Below, in pieces: positions 25,175 through 38,319 of a stretch of DNA of 64,000 nucleotides (its first letter is position 1; each line of letters starts with the position of its first letter). The notes under the pieces are model-generated. The model made no database searches. It was not told the origin of the DNA and saw only the letters and a list, made by a program, of their open reading frames with translations. The stretch comes from Hydrolagus affinis (lineage: Eukaryota), in assembly GCA_012026655.1 (NCBI GenBank), contig JAAILG010001522.1:1-64000 (forward strand), written 5' to 3'. Position numbers and translations under genes: made by a program.

Positions 25175-25920
25175 CAGCTCCATCCGCTCCATGACCGGCA
25201 CAGCTTTCCATCACCTCTGCAATATTGCCAGACTCCGCCATTACCTCACCCCCCACGCCGCTGAAACCCTCGTCCACGCCTTTATCACTTCCAGGCTCGA
25301 CTACAGGAACTTTCTCCTCATCGGCCTCCCCAGCTCCTCCCTTCACAGGCTGCAGATCATTCAGAATTCTGCAGCTTGTGTACTCTCCTGAACCAGGCTT
25401 CGCGACCACATCACTCCCACCCTCGCCCGTCTCCACTGGCTCCCCGTCACCCAGGGGATCGAATTCAAGATCCTTGTCCTCACTTTCAAGGCCATTCTCG
25501 GCCTTGCCCCCGCCTATCCTTCTGACCTACTGTCTCCCTATCAGGCAGCCCGCACCCTCCGTTCAGCAGACTCAGGCCTGTTCCGCGTCCACCTCCCTAA
25601 CCACCCAACCATCGGCGGCCGGGCTTTCAGCCTCTCTGCTCCCACACTGTGGAACTCCATCCCGCAGCCCCTCCCGCTCGCTTCCTCCCTTTCCTCCTTC
25701 AAGGCTGGTCTCAAGACCTTCCTCTTTGACCGCGCCTTCGGCTGCCCCTCTAACTCATCCCCCTCTCCCACTCTCCTTCCCCTTCCCCCTACCCCGACCC
25801 TTCCCCCATCCCCCACTCGGGTCCCGACCTGACTGTTCAGCGCTTTGGGATGTCCTCCCAACGTGAAAGGCGCTTTATAAGTGCAATTTTGTTGTTTTGT
25901 TGTATTGTTATTGTTGTTGG
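25175..25920 (+). mobile_element. L2 LINE 3' fragment (tail type B)
   Basis: AFHHLCNIARLRHYLTPHAAETLVHAFITSRLDY...HWLP, ending in a GTT-rich tail. Confidence 0.93.
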
Positions 25921-26399
25921 ATTGAACATGGAAGGATCAGCATTGGTTAGTCTAGGAAAAGACTTTTGTGACAATGGTGGATGGATGCGGGTCGAACAAG
26001 ATATAAAAGGAGAGGTGTAACCAGCTGGAAGATTGAAAGCAGTAACAGAGAGATGAAGGATTGGCATTTATTCTGAAGGAAATAGAAAAGTGAATCAGAA
26101 TGAATAGAGAAGCCTTGAGATGTACAGATCACAATAGCACTGTTACATCCATTGAGATATATAATACCTCTTTTCATCATTGAATTTTATTAGGATTTAT
26201 CAGTTGTTTAGTGAAGTCAAGAAATCACTTATTTCAATCGTTTAATCGGAGTACTTAATAACTAGTCATTATTGTACACTTCTTCTGCAAAATTTGCTGA
26301 AAGATACACATTCATTACCTTGCACAATATAATCCTGTGATGCGTTTGAATGATATGTGAAATACATTATTATTTTATTATTAACACAGGACATTGACA

Positions 26400-27075
26400 A
26401 GTAAGCAACTAAGAAGGTGAACGGCATGCTAGCGTTCATTTCAAAAGGTTTAGAGTACAAGAGTAGGGAAGTCTTACTGCAACTGTATAGGGCTCTGGTG
26501 AGACCGCACCTAGAGTATTGTGTGCAGTTTTGGTCTCCTTATTTAATAAAGGACATACTTGCCTTAGAGGGGGTGCAGCGTAGATTCACTAGGTTAGTTC
26601 CTGGGATAAGGGGACTGACCTATGAGGATAGGTTGAATAAACTAGGGCTGTATTCTCTAGAGTACAGAAGAATTAGGGGGGATCTTATTGAAACATATAA
26701 GATTCTTAAAGGGGTGGATAAAGTAGACACTGAGGGACTGTTTCCCTGGTAGGAGAATCTATAACCAGGGGTCACAGTAATAAAATTAAGGGTCAGCCTT
26801 TTAGAACGGAGTTGAGGAAACATTTCTTCACTCAGAGGGTAGTAAATTTATGGAATTCACTACCCCAGAACGCTGTAGATGCTGAGTCCCTGAACATTTT
26901 CAAGGCTGAGACTGATAGATTTTTTTTAAAAATAGAGGGATTAGGGGATATGGGGATAGGATAGGTAATTAGAGTTAGGTGAGAAGATCAGCCATGATCT
27001 TATTGAATGGCGGAGCAGGCTCGAAGGGCTGAATGGCCTACTCCTGCTCCTATTTCTTATGGTCTTATGGTCTTA
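26400..27075 (+). mobile_element. CR1 LINE 3' fragment (relatively young)
   Basis: ORF 26417-26752 reads LYRALVRPHLEYCVQFWSPY...RRIRGDLIETYKIL. The 3' UTR ends in tcttatgg repeats. Confidence 0.95.
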
Positions 27076-28959
27076 CGGGGATATAGCTCCATGTGTGCCA
27101 TTTGGCCTTCCATACATACAGCCCCCATGTGGGAGCATTGACTGTAACACTGTCAAACAATGATAGCCCAAGAAATAATAATCCTTAAATTTGATTTAGC
27201 ATCTTTTACCCCAGGAGGGTGTCTCAAAGCACTTCACAGGATTTACAGTGTAGTGACTGTGTATTTTGTAACTCACTGGTACTGAGACCTATTGTAGCCT
27301 CTAAACTCCTACCCAGGCTCAGGCAAGAAATATTCGATTGCCCCGCTCCTTCATAATATATGCTTCAGTGCAATTATAGCTTCAAACCATTGGCCAATGC
27401 TGTCAGTGTAAATGAATAATGACCTAATTTAGCACGTACCAGACTCCAGAGACATTCACTCTGGGATGGTTCAGCTGTCAGCCACAACCTCAAGTATAAA
27501 TTCAAGGTCATGGAATAATGAATATTGGATAATATCATTTGTTGTTTATTCGATTTTTTTCTCCCACAATAAAATAAATTGTTGGGGAAACAAGCACAAA
27601 TATATTGCAGACTTGCAGGATTGGCAGATCTTTTGAGGATATTATTTTCTGGCTCCCTCTTTGGGCCCAGTATCTAGGTAAAGTCAAATTTATGTCCCCC
27701 AAGTAAAACTGGTCCCTCACTTCATGACTGTGTGGGTTATTTCTGTGTGCGAATTGTCTGTGCATTTTATGATAGTTAGCAATTGTATTGCACTCACTGA
27801 TAGGCCAGCAGTCTCTTCCTTTTCTGTTTGGGTGAATTCTGTGTGAAACAATTTACCGATTGGACACATACAAACAATTCCAATTATGTTTTAACTAACA
27901 CATGTTTTAACAAACATAATTGGAAACAAAACAACATTAAAAGTTTCCAGTGACACTTGAAGAAGCCACAAGTTGATAGATACAGTATTCGGAATAATAA
28001 AATCACATATTAGCAAACTATGTGTGAACAGTTCAGCAGCAACAAAACCACACTTGTATAGCGCCTTTCACGTCAGGAGGATGTCCCAAGGCACTGAGTT
28101 CATTGTTAAAGCAAAGTAAAAACAGAGCTTGACTTTGCCTCCAGGATATGTGGAGGTACACATATAGAGTACATTGTTCCCTGATCATGACTGCTTTTCT
28201 TCATCTTTGCCACATTGTCCTCATCTGCCTTCATCTCGTACAAAACCCTGCTGACATCCTCATTCAATGCATTCCTGACATGCCAACTCCTGCAAATGCA
28301 CTCCTCAAGTACGAGGATGATTATCATTAATATTATTTTAGTTCAAAGTAGCAGTGAAATGCTGCGTCATAAATTTTTCATCCGTGCCTCTCTTACGACC
28401 CAGTTCTTTTGCAGGAAACTAGCTTTCAAATAAGGCTGAAAATATTTGTTTAAAACATGACTGCCATTCTAAGGCAGTACTGGAGTCTGAGAGCTAAGAC
28501 AGCGAGAGATTGCAAGCTTCCGATTCGCTCTTTTTAAATGCACACTGGAGGCTCTGTTAACATAAAATGAATCAAATAAAAAAAACGAGTTTGTACATGA
28601 GGCTGATTTTACAACAACATGTAACAATCAATATAATGTACTGTCATTCAAATCCAGTGTTTCCATCTTAGTGTCTGCTATTGTCCAAACAAAAGGATTC
28701 AGCTTGTCATATGCATAAAATGTCCTGTAAATCCCCTTAACTGTTCTAATGTGATTGACAATATCCAAGATTTCCTTAGAGTATCGTGAGTTAAAATGCT
28801 CCTAGACTATACAGTAAGGTTCATTGCATCTCCCACCTGTATTCATCTCTTAAAGCGTTAGATTTTGGTGGATTATTTTGCTACACTTTTATAGGAAAGC
28901 TGTCATTGTATTGTGAAAAGAGATCTTCATTTTAAGGCATTGTCAGGTAAATGTTATCT

Positions 28960-29522
28960 TGGATGCAAGACCGTGCCCTTCTGATTGGCTTGTGCCAGCG
29001 CCTTCAAACATCAGGCATTGGCAGCATCAACCTCCATGGTTGTTCACTCAACCTCTTCAAGCCAATCGGGAACCTAGGTGTCATGTTCGATCCTCAACTG
29101 TATTTCCTCCTCCACATCTAAGCCATGACCCGCTCTGCCTTCCCTCACCGTCGCAATATTGTCCGACTCCGCCGCTACCATACCCCTCAGTCCACTGAAA
29201 CCCTCATTCATGCCTTCATCACATCCAGGCTCAACTACACCAATGCCTTGCCCCACCATCGACGAGTGAGCCTTCAGCCACTCTGCCCCTAACCTCTGGA
29301 ATTCCATCCCACGGTCCCTCTGCTTCGCCCTCCTCCCTAGCCTCCTTCAAATCCCTCCTCAAGAGACTCCTCTTCCACAGTCCCATCGATCACCCCAAAT
29401 CCTCCCCCTCCCTTCCACCCTCCCTATCCCCGACCCCAACTCAGGTGTGAAACATTGACTGTCCGGCGCCTTGGGACTTCCTCCTGAAAGGCGCTATACA
29501 AGAGTGAACTTGTTGTTGTTGT
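28960..29522 (+). mobile_element. Internally deleted L2 fragment
   Basis: Similar to 25175-25920 and 57300-58460, with a type B tail. Confidence 0.8.
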
Positions 29523-29629
29523 AGGTTCACTATATCAATGCAGACAGTGTGTTTGTTTTTTCAGCTGAAAACTAAAGCATGTGTTCATGTTTTGGAAAGT
29601 TAGCCTGAGCTTTTCTCCATGTAAAGCAC

Positions 29630-29920
29630 AATAAGAATAAGAATAATAAACCTTGCATTTGATAAAGTGCTTGTCACATCTTCTAGACGTGTCAAAGCGC
29701 TTCACAGAATATACTGTAAAGTGACTTGACTGTATATTTGTGGACGAAATGTGGCAGCCCAATTGCGCACAGCAGTTTTCCACAAACAGTCGTGTATTGA
29801 AATGACCAATTTATTATAGTTTTTTTGGAGACTGATTTTTATTAGGCGTGTGGAGTAGGGAAGCTTTGCCCTGCCTGGATTCGAAACATAGGTCTCACAA
29901 GGCTAGTGCTCTAACCATAA
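29630..29920 (-). mobile_element. tRNA-derived SINE
   Basis: Reverse complement of the 44205 and 49352 copies. Confidence 0.85.
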
Positions 29921-30384
29921 GCATAACTTAATGGAGATTGGTGATGAAACAAGATAAGAAAGAAACAAAAAAAAATGTTTTATAGGGCGTCTATTATGTG
30001 CAACACTTCAAAATGCTTTTTGTACCTTAAATATTCCATTCAGATACAAATGAAGGAAAGTCAAGCGGGTAGCTCGTTTTATTTTGCTACCTTCATACTC
30101 CTGCATTCGTAAAGAAAAAACTTGTTATTTTAGCAACAGAAGTTCATCAGCCTCACCCTTTATCTCCTCTCCCCAGTCTGTCAGTTTTCAATTGAAAATC
30201 CACTGGACACACCTATTGAGAATGTATCATATCATAATACCTGTTCTCAATTGGCAAGTCTTGAACTATAATTGAATTTCAGTTCGCTTGTAAACTTATC
30301 TAAAAATGGATCTTACTATTGAGGTGCCAGAATCAGTGGCATTCTGCAAGAGTCATCTGTCCAATATCACTGTTGCTTTAAAAT

Positions 30385-30830
30385 AACAACCATACCCGTA
30401 CATTTATATAGTTCCCCTACCCGCAAGGCAGCGTCCAGAGCACGCGACGGCGACGGAGCACGGCACCAAGCTGGAGGGAGGGGAGATGACCATAGGCATG
30501 GTCGAATAGGAAGGTCTTCAGGTGGAACCTGAAGATGGGGAAGAAAGGGGCAAGATGGAGGGATAGAGGACCAGTGTTCCAGAGTTTGGAGGCTTAGTTG
30601 CTGAATAGGCAGCCACCAAAAGTGGAAAGGAATGGAGCATACAAGTGACATGCAGAAAGCTGAAGGCAGCAGGTAGTGGGTTGAGGGTCAGAGAGGTAAA
30701 GAGGTGCCAGGGCATGAAGGAATTTGAAAATGAGTGCGAGGATCTTGAAATCGATCCATTTGGCGATAGGGAGTCAGTGGAGCCTGACTAGCACTGGTGC
30801 CTGACTAGCACTGGTGTGATGGGATGTTGA
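30385..30830 (-). mobile_element. Old L2 3' fragment with a 17-bp tandem duplication (gcctgactagcactggt x2 at about 30782-30815)
   Basis: aggatcttgaaatcgatcc...gggagtcagtggag is the reverse complement of the HWLP..RIDFKIL region. Confidence 0.75.
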
Positions 30831-31319
30831 GTTTAATACATAACTGAACTAAAATTCAACACCAACCAAACATTACCTAGGACACAATTGTCTCCACTTT
30901 ATGACCCATGTATGTTACTCAACGTTAGCACATGGTGTCCCCGCCTCCTTCTTAAGTGGTTCAATGAGTACTTTGAGCCAAACAGATTGGAACAGGAAGC
31001 GGCCATTCAGCCCATCAAGCCCATTCCACCAGTGGAAGATTTTTTTTAACTCCAATACCCTGGCCTTTTGCTGTATCTCTGTACTGATTTAGCTGATCTG
31101 TCAGTGGGGGTGGGGGGGGGCACTCGGGGACCACAATTTGTGCAATTGTCCTGGAAGAGAATGAAAACCAACCAACCTTTGATTTATTATCCCAATCTAT
31201 ACTGGAGGGGCACAAATATGGACTCTGGGTAAAGACAGAATTGGGCAGAGCTGCAGTTCTCCCCATGGTTAGAATTGTCTTCTGACACTGATTGTCACAG
31301 CTCCCATATATAACAACAA

Positions 31320-31565
31320 CTTATAATAGTAATCCTTGCATTTGATATAGTGCTTTTCATGTCCTCTAGGCGTCTCAAAGCACTTCACTGAATATACTGT
31401 AAAGTGAATTGACTGTATATTAGTGCGCAAAACACGGCATTCAATTGCGCACAGCAGCGTCCCACACTCAGTCGTGGATTGAAATGACCAGTCTATTAAA
31501 GGTTTTTTTGGAGGGATTATTATTAGGCGTGAGGAGTAAGGAAACTTGCCCAAGGTTTTGCCTTG
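31320..31565 (-). mobile_element. SINE lacking most of its tRNA head
   Basis: Body and tail match the other copies. Confidence 0.85.
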
Positions 31566-32639
31566 AAATTAGCAAAAGAGACAAAACAATCATGGACGTT
31601 TTAAAATATTAAGTACATTGCAGGTTCCTTTCATTAATTTACATTTGTGGTTTACATGAAGTCTTCAGACTTTATTTTTCAACTTGCGTCTTTTTAACAG
31701 TGATACATGAGTAACCTCCAGAAAGAAAACTTTCATGCTTTGAGGCTGTGAAGATTGTTCAGTGGTGACATGCTGGATCTCAGCCAACGTGGTCTGAAAT
31801 ATTCAGACGAAAAGAGCATTGACTTGTATGTGGAGGAAGCAATTTCTTGTTGAGGAATTAAGACATTTATATTTAAGTGATATGAATAAAACGTAAGGAC
31901 AGCCAACTACAGTACTATCAATGGGAACAATAGTCTTGGGATTTTAGACTAACCATCAGATTTCAAAAAATTCCTAGAAGACCCCAGGCAATCTCTTCAC
32001 AAGGCTTTTACTTTCTATATTTATATGCACTTGAAGGTCTACTGACAAGGTTGAGTTTTTCACAGAGGAATAAGTGTCAGGAATTGTTAAGTGCATTTTG
32101 TAACACAGGCGCAAGTGTATTCTCTTTGGGAATTAGATGATACTGAACCAATCAATAAATTCTAGAAATGGCAGATTTAAAATACATGATGATTTGTGCT
32201 GTATGTCAAGGGGAAGAAGTTATATAAATGCAGCAACGGAGAATATTGTGAGTGGAGGGCAGCAGGTCAGAGTTGAATAGTGGAACTCTAGGGATGAATG
32301 AAATACGTAATGTTTAATTCATTTTAGGGAATCAAGGAGTATTTATGCGGAAGTTTCCCTGAGGAGGATTATTTTTATTTTATTCAGCCAAGTGTGTAAT
32401 GTATGTGGAAATCCATCATCAGGGTTTAGACAAATGTAGATGAAAACACCATTAACATTTTACATTTATATTATATCTTCCACTCTGTCTGGAATGGTGA
32501 AGTGCTCCATAACGCTATCCTTTGCTAAATAAATGTAAGTTGTTGCTTCAGTTGTTGGGGTGCACATTCTAACGTGGAGGGTCATATCTCACTTACCTAA
32601 TTCCACACAGTATTATGTGCAGATTGTTGAAACAAAACA

Positions 32640-33178
32640 ATAACAACCAAAAAATTACATTTGTAGAGCACCTTTCACGTCGGGAGACATCCCAAAGCGC
32701 TGAACAGTCAGGGGTCAGGACCTGAGCATTGGGTTGGAGAGGGTTGGGGGGGGCGGGTTCAACGGCCTGAGGGGTGAGGCAGTGGTGGAGATGGATGATG
32801 TTGCAGAGGTAGTGAAAGGCAATGCTGGTCATGACATGGAAATGGGAGAGAAAGGACAGTTCAGGTCAAACGAGACACCCAGTTTCCTGACTGGCTTGGT
32901 GAGTTGGAGTGTGCATCTGTGGATACTTCTGCTGCCAATGTCTGAGGTGTGGAGACAATCAGGAGGGCCTTGGTCTTGCTGACGTTCAGTGGTAGAAAGT
33001 TGTCTTTCATCCAGCACTTGATGTCTGACAGGCAGTCTATCAGGACGTCAGTCTTCCTAGAATTGAGGGTGGAGGCAGAGAGATAGAGTTGGGTGTCATC
33101 TGCATCTGTGTGGAAATTTACCCCATGTCTGCAGATGACGTTACCAAGGGGGAGCATCTAGAGGTTGAAGAGGAAGGA
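32640..33178 (-). mobile_element. L2 fragment (RT C-terminal part joined to tail type B)
   Basis: ORF 32861-33157 reads MLPLGNVICRHGVNFHTDADDTQLYLS...CLSDIKCWM. Confidence 0.88.
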
Positions 33179-33294
33179 TATCACAATACCAATTTTATTT
33201 GAGGGTTTGTCGGCCAAGATACTGGGACAATGTAGGATGTAAAGATGTAAAGACGTTTCTCACTTGGGAAAAAGATAGTTTTCTGTGAGGAATC

Positions 33295-33942
33295 TGCCCT
33301 TCACTCCATTTCACACACTCTCTTTCTCAATTACTCTCTCTCACTCCCCTTCTTACCCTCTCACACTCTCTTTTCCCTCTCATACTCCAACTCTCCACCA
33401 TCTTAATCACTCTCTCCCCACCCTCTCAATCGCCCACAAATAAACAGTCAATTCATTTTACCGTATACTCTGTGAAGTGCTTTGAGACGTCTAGAAGCCG
33501 TGAAAAGCGCTATGTCAAAATGCAAGGATTACTGTAATCACTCTCTCCTCACTCTCCTCCCCTCTCCCACATTCTCTCCCTCTCACAATTATTCTTTCTC
33601 ACTCTCTAACCCCTCTCAAACTCTTTCTTAATCACCCTCTCTCAATATCCCCCTCTCCATCACATTCACTCCCTCCCCCTCACACTCTCTCAATCTCTGC
33701 TCTCTCTATCTCTCACCAAGTCTCCCCCTCCCCCTTTCTTACCTCTTTCTCATACACACACTCACTCTTCTTCGCTCTCTCTCACCTTCTATCCCTCGTT
33801 TCGTGTTTCGCCCACAAATATAGTCAATTCACTTTACACTATATTCTCTGGAGCGCTTCAAGACCCCTAGAAGACATGGAAAGTGCTATATTTCCCTCTC
33901 TCCCCTTCCCCCCGCCCCCAATCTCTCTCTCTCTCTCTCCCA
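33295..33942. repeat. CT-rich low-complexity tract containing two SINE 3' fragments (about 33430-33535 and 33805-33892)
   Basis: The + strand is almost free of G (ctctct/cactct units), interrupted by cccacaaata..gtcaattca..gtgaagtgctttgagac. Confidence 0.85.
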
Positions 33943-34089
33943 ACCAGTCAGACAGCAGTCACTATCTGCAGTGGCAGGAGCCTCAGTGTGAAGGACATGG
34001 TTGGTAAGAGACGTGCTTGCATTTCTGACAAACTGCAGCAATGGTGCTGTCTCCTCCCGACTGTCGGCTCCTGCCTCTGCCCTGGGAGA

Positions 34090-34266
34090 ACAACAACAAC
34101 AACAACAAAATTACATCTACGGAGCGCCTTTCACATCGGGAGGACGTCCCAAGACGCTGAACAATCAGGTCGGGACCAGAGCAGGGTGGGAGGGATCGGG
34201 GTTGGGGGAAGGAGAGTAGGAGAATTGACTGTATATTTGTGGGCAAAACGCGGCGGCCAATTGTGA
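34090..34266 (-). mobile_element. Chimeric SINE fragment (shared SINE body plus L2 tail type B)
   Basis: (CAA)n tail, gcgcctttcacatcgggaggacgtccc, then ggaaggagagtaggagaattgactgtatatttgtgggcaaaacgcggcggccaattg. Confidence 0.75.
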
Positions 34267-37254
34267 CATTGACCGAGGAGGGACGGAGTGGAAGTTGGAA
34301 TGTTGAACGTGGTCTTGAGCCAGATAAAAACATCCTCCAGGCCAGAGGCAGACTGGGGGACCAGACCAGAGCCAGCGTGGGCGACCAGGCTGTTTTAGAC
34401 TATGTGATTCCATATTCCTGATGGGGAACTTGAACCCTTGATCCTCTGTTTGAGAGGTGAGAGCATTCCCTCTCACCCAGCCTGACACCAACCCTGGATA
34501 TATTTATCTTTGATTTGAGTTTAATTAGTATAGAGTCCCCAGGGTGTGTGGAGTTGGATCAGCTAAAACCGTGTAATTTGTCATTAATAGGATTGTCATT
34601 AATGCATAACCGCCCTCTCGGTAACCTATCATTAAAAAGATTTTGTTTACGTCCTTACAATTCACATTTTGACAGTTTTTCCGCTTGGTCTTATTTAGAT
34701 TGGGAAAAAACAGATCTATTCAAATTGACTTTAAACTATTTTTCCCGTGACTGGCTAAAGGTGAAGTTATGTATCTCACTGGAAGAGACTATGTAAAATG
34801 TATGGCTGCTCGTATCAAAAAATTGTTTGATTATAAATTGCAACCCATAGCTCTAGACAAAAATACAAATTAAAATGTCACCATTATTCTGAAAATATGT
34901 GCAAGTCTGTGTTCTGCTCCAATCCAGTTAGTGCTATTTTAATCCTTTTAATTGTGATTATAACGTGGTGAGATCTTCGTGTGTCAGACAGTGAAAATCT
35001 GGGCTTTGTCCTGGAACTACCTCTTTATATCATAATACAACCAACTATGTCAAATGGGATGAAAGGGGAATGAACAACACAAAGGTACAATAGCTATGTT
35101 CGAAATTAATGTTACTCTCCATTAACTTTGACTGGGCCATCAGTTACCCAGTTACACATACATTATTCACAAAATCATATAAGACACTAGCCAAGTGACT
35201 ATTATGCAGTGTCTATATAATCCGACTGTATAAATTCTACACTCTCTGTATAATCACTCAACTTATGTTTTTCCCCTCACCAATGAGAGTCCAATCAATT
35301 TATTTGAATTTCCGAGTTGAGTACGTGTGCTCCATCTTCCACTTCAAAAGGATGTCGTCATCGAGACTTGAAGTTGAGCTCATAGCCTAGGCTGACACCC
35401 CAGTTCACTCCTGAGGAAACGCTGTTTTGTTGGAAGTGCAGTCCTTTGCATGAGATGTTAAACCGGATTCCATTTGTGAATTCTCACCTAGAATCCCCCT
35501 AATCTATTGATCATGCATCTAAAGGTATTTTTTTCATGCTGTACATAAAACAGCCGAGGAGTTGGCCTACAAAAGGTTACTGTGCTGCCTAGTTACTGTA
35601 AAGTTATTTTAAATCTTTTGACATAAGGTGTTATAAGAAATGAATCCTTCCTTCCTTGGTTTCTCAGAGTAAATGCTCATTAAAATCATCCTGATTGTCT
35701 TCCCACCTACTCAGTTTGGGTTCCCACTCAACATTGTGATATGCTTTGAGATATCCTGAAACCTAATACAGTAGTTGCTATATAGGTGTAAATTGTTGTT
35801 ATTGTTAGAAAAGTGAACTATTACGTAACAACTAAACCAAAGGCTTTCCAGTTGATTCCTTTCCGTGGAGCTTTGTACTAATGATCAAACCAGAAAATAG
35901 CAAGTTTATTCAAGTACAAATCCTCTATTCCACCAAATCAATGTTACAATATTAAAAGGCAGATTTTTTTAAAGTATAAATTCTTGATCCTGAAAATCTC
36001 AGAGACCTGAGTTAACCTTGCTGCCAAAAATTTGTCCCTGTGACATGTGACAAAATCATATCATTAATGACCTAAAGACAAGTACAAAACATTCAAATGC
36101 ATTAAATAATGCAGCAGCCTTTCTACAACAGAGATGCATCGCAGCCAAGTCAAGGTTGACTCTGCCACAATCCAGGGTGAATTTGAGCAAAAGAAGTTTA
36201 AGGTCTGCAGGCCATCTGCGTGTCGCCTGCAGCTGATTGCGTTGAAACAATCAGACTTTGATCTCTTGTCGTTTACGACCCTTCCCTGCGTTTATAAACA
36301 AACAAATTAAGGACAGTGCCGTTGAATGCTGAGATCCAGGTTCCATGTCTCAGCATTATCAAGGCATTTTTCTTTTACATGTGTTAAGCTGAATGGCAGT
36401 GATTAGCTGGTGTTTCTCAGAGATCAATATCACAAGGTTCTTCCGGGAACATCCTGGAGCATTCATTCAGCTGTTCATGGCCCAACGGCAAGTTGTGTCT
36501 GCAAGAGGGCGGTGCACAGCAGAGGAGACAACGGAAGACGTAAAGAATAATGAAATGAGACGAGGAACAATTTCAATCATCCAGAAGACAGTGCTTTATG
36601 AAAACATAAAATCTAATGTGGAGATTGCAAGGCGAGTTAATAACTTGTTAAAACACTGTGATGAATGACATGTTTGTGGCTTCTTCAATGGATGGTTGTT
36701 ATTGCAGTAAGAGGTAGATAGAGCAGTGGTTTAAATCCCCATCCAGTGCTTGTAGGGGGAGGTGAGATTTTGTGGGTGAGGACATTAAATTCGTATGATT
36801 CCATCTGCAATACCAACATACCAGAAGGAGCCAAATGATCCTTTCTTGGTCCACACATTGTGAGTTTGTATTGATTTTTTTCACAAGCTTTTAACAGTTT
36901 CATGTTTTGCAGTTTATGTATTTCAAAGTAAGTGACTCAAATTGAATTCATAAAAGCGAATTCTTGATCAGAGCCATGAGTCAGAATCGCAAGTTGGATT
37001 GTTGGAGACTTGCGCATAACTGGACATAAAGCCTACACTGTTTTGTAACAAGCTCTTAATGTGTCTGGTTCAGATGAATCCTCCTAAATGCATAACTCAG
37101 TTGCCAAAATGTTAGTGCTTGGATCAGAATTTCTATCAACATCAGACAAAAAAAAATTGGAATTTGTTTAGTCAATAATTCAGTCCAAATAAAAACAAAA
37201 TACTTGAGAAAAATGTTTCACCCAAAGTTACTACAATATATCTTTACAATGCTA

Positions 37255-37390
37255 TATCTAGACACTTATTTGGGGAGAACAGGTTTGCGGGGTTATGGAG
37301 AGAGCTGGGGGAGTGGGATTTAATTGCTCTTTTTAAAGAGCCAGCACACACTCAATGGGCCAAATGGCCTCCTTTTGTGATTCTATGATC
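37255..37390 (+). mobile_element. CR1 3' end (same family as 8740)
   Basis: Reverse-complement similarity to 8741-8880, ending in gattctatgat. Confidence 0.8.
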
Positions 37391-38319
37391 TTGAGGGTGG
37401 ATTCATTAAATTTAATTTTATCAAGTCATAAATAAAAGCAAGGAGCAAGCTGTGATTTGTGCTTGGGTCAGGGTTTTTATTCCAAGGTAATTAATGGTAA
37501 GTATTTTGGTAGATTAGAGTTTCATTCTGGCTTCACATACGAGTTGTCTTAACTCTGAAACAGAACATTTGATTTACGATCAATAACTTGAGTCTGCCCT
37601 TTTCTTTTCGCCTCCGTCTGTCATTTCGACATGATTCATGCTATTTTTTTGGATCAAGTAAAAACATTAAGTTTTTCAAAATAATTAATTTAATGCTCAC
37701 AGGAGCCATTCCCTCCATATACAGTAGATTGTTTTGGTCAGTCAGGTGTCTTAACACATTCAGAAACCCCCGAGGCATACTTAAGAGTATCCAAACCACC
37801 TACACATGGAAATTCCTGTTTTAGAATGGAATGCGCATTCTCTCCCTGGAGGGAAACATTCTCCTGACCACATTCCTGAGCGTATTCAGTGCAGGTTTGT
37901 GAGGAGAGCAAAGGCTTGAGAATCCTAGAGTATGTGTTGGTGTAATGCTGGAGTTCAACCAGTTAAACTACCTAGTTTGCTGTTGAAAGCAGTGTGGTAT
38001 AAATTAAGAAATATTCAATCAAGAAAAACCCCAGAAACACTGACTAATGCATTGTGATCCCAATTCTTAGAGGCTTGAGTTATGAGGACTGAGCTCCGAA
38101 ATTTCAGACTTGAAAAGAGGCGTTTTATAGGGTGGTTTGTAGGAGTAAATGATATTTAATGGAACAGGGAAAGTAAAACCAGAACAAAGTTTTCATATAA
38201 CCCAGGAAATCAAAGTTCATGGTTGTGCCAGTGTTTTTTTAACACAGACACTAGGAATATCCTGCACTCATTTGGACATCAGAAAGTTAAGAGATACATT
38301 CATTCTGCATTTAACTGAT

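Noticed and set aside
15376-25866. Long ORFs of 141-213 aa (e.g. 15376-15894, 19077-19616, 19924-20349, 23265-23753, 25225-25866)
   Set aside because: All overlap L2 fragments and are partial, shifted-frame or antisense readings of decayed ORF2, not host genes.
36393-36668. ORF containing REHPGAFIQLFMAQ, faintly like a third syntrophin-binding repeat
   Set aside because: The spacing after EH does not fit EHxLI. The best acceptor (36420) is in the wrong phase, and a weak acceptor plus a GC donor would be needed.
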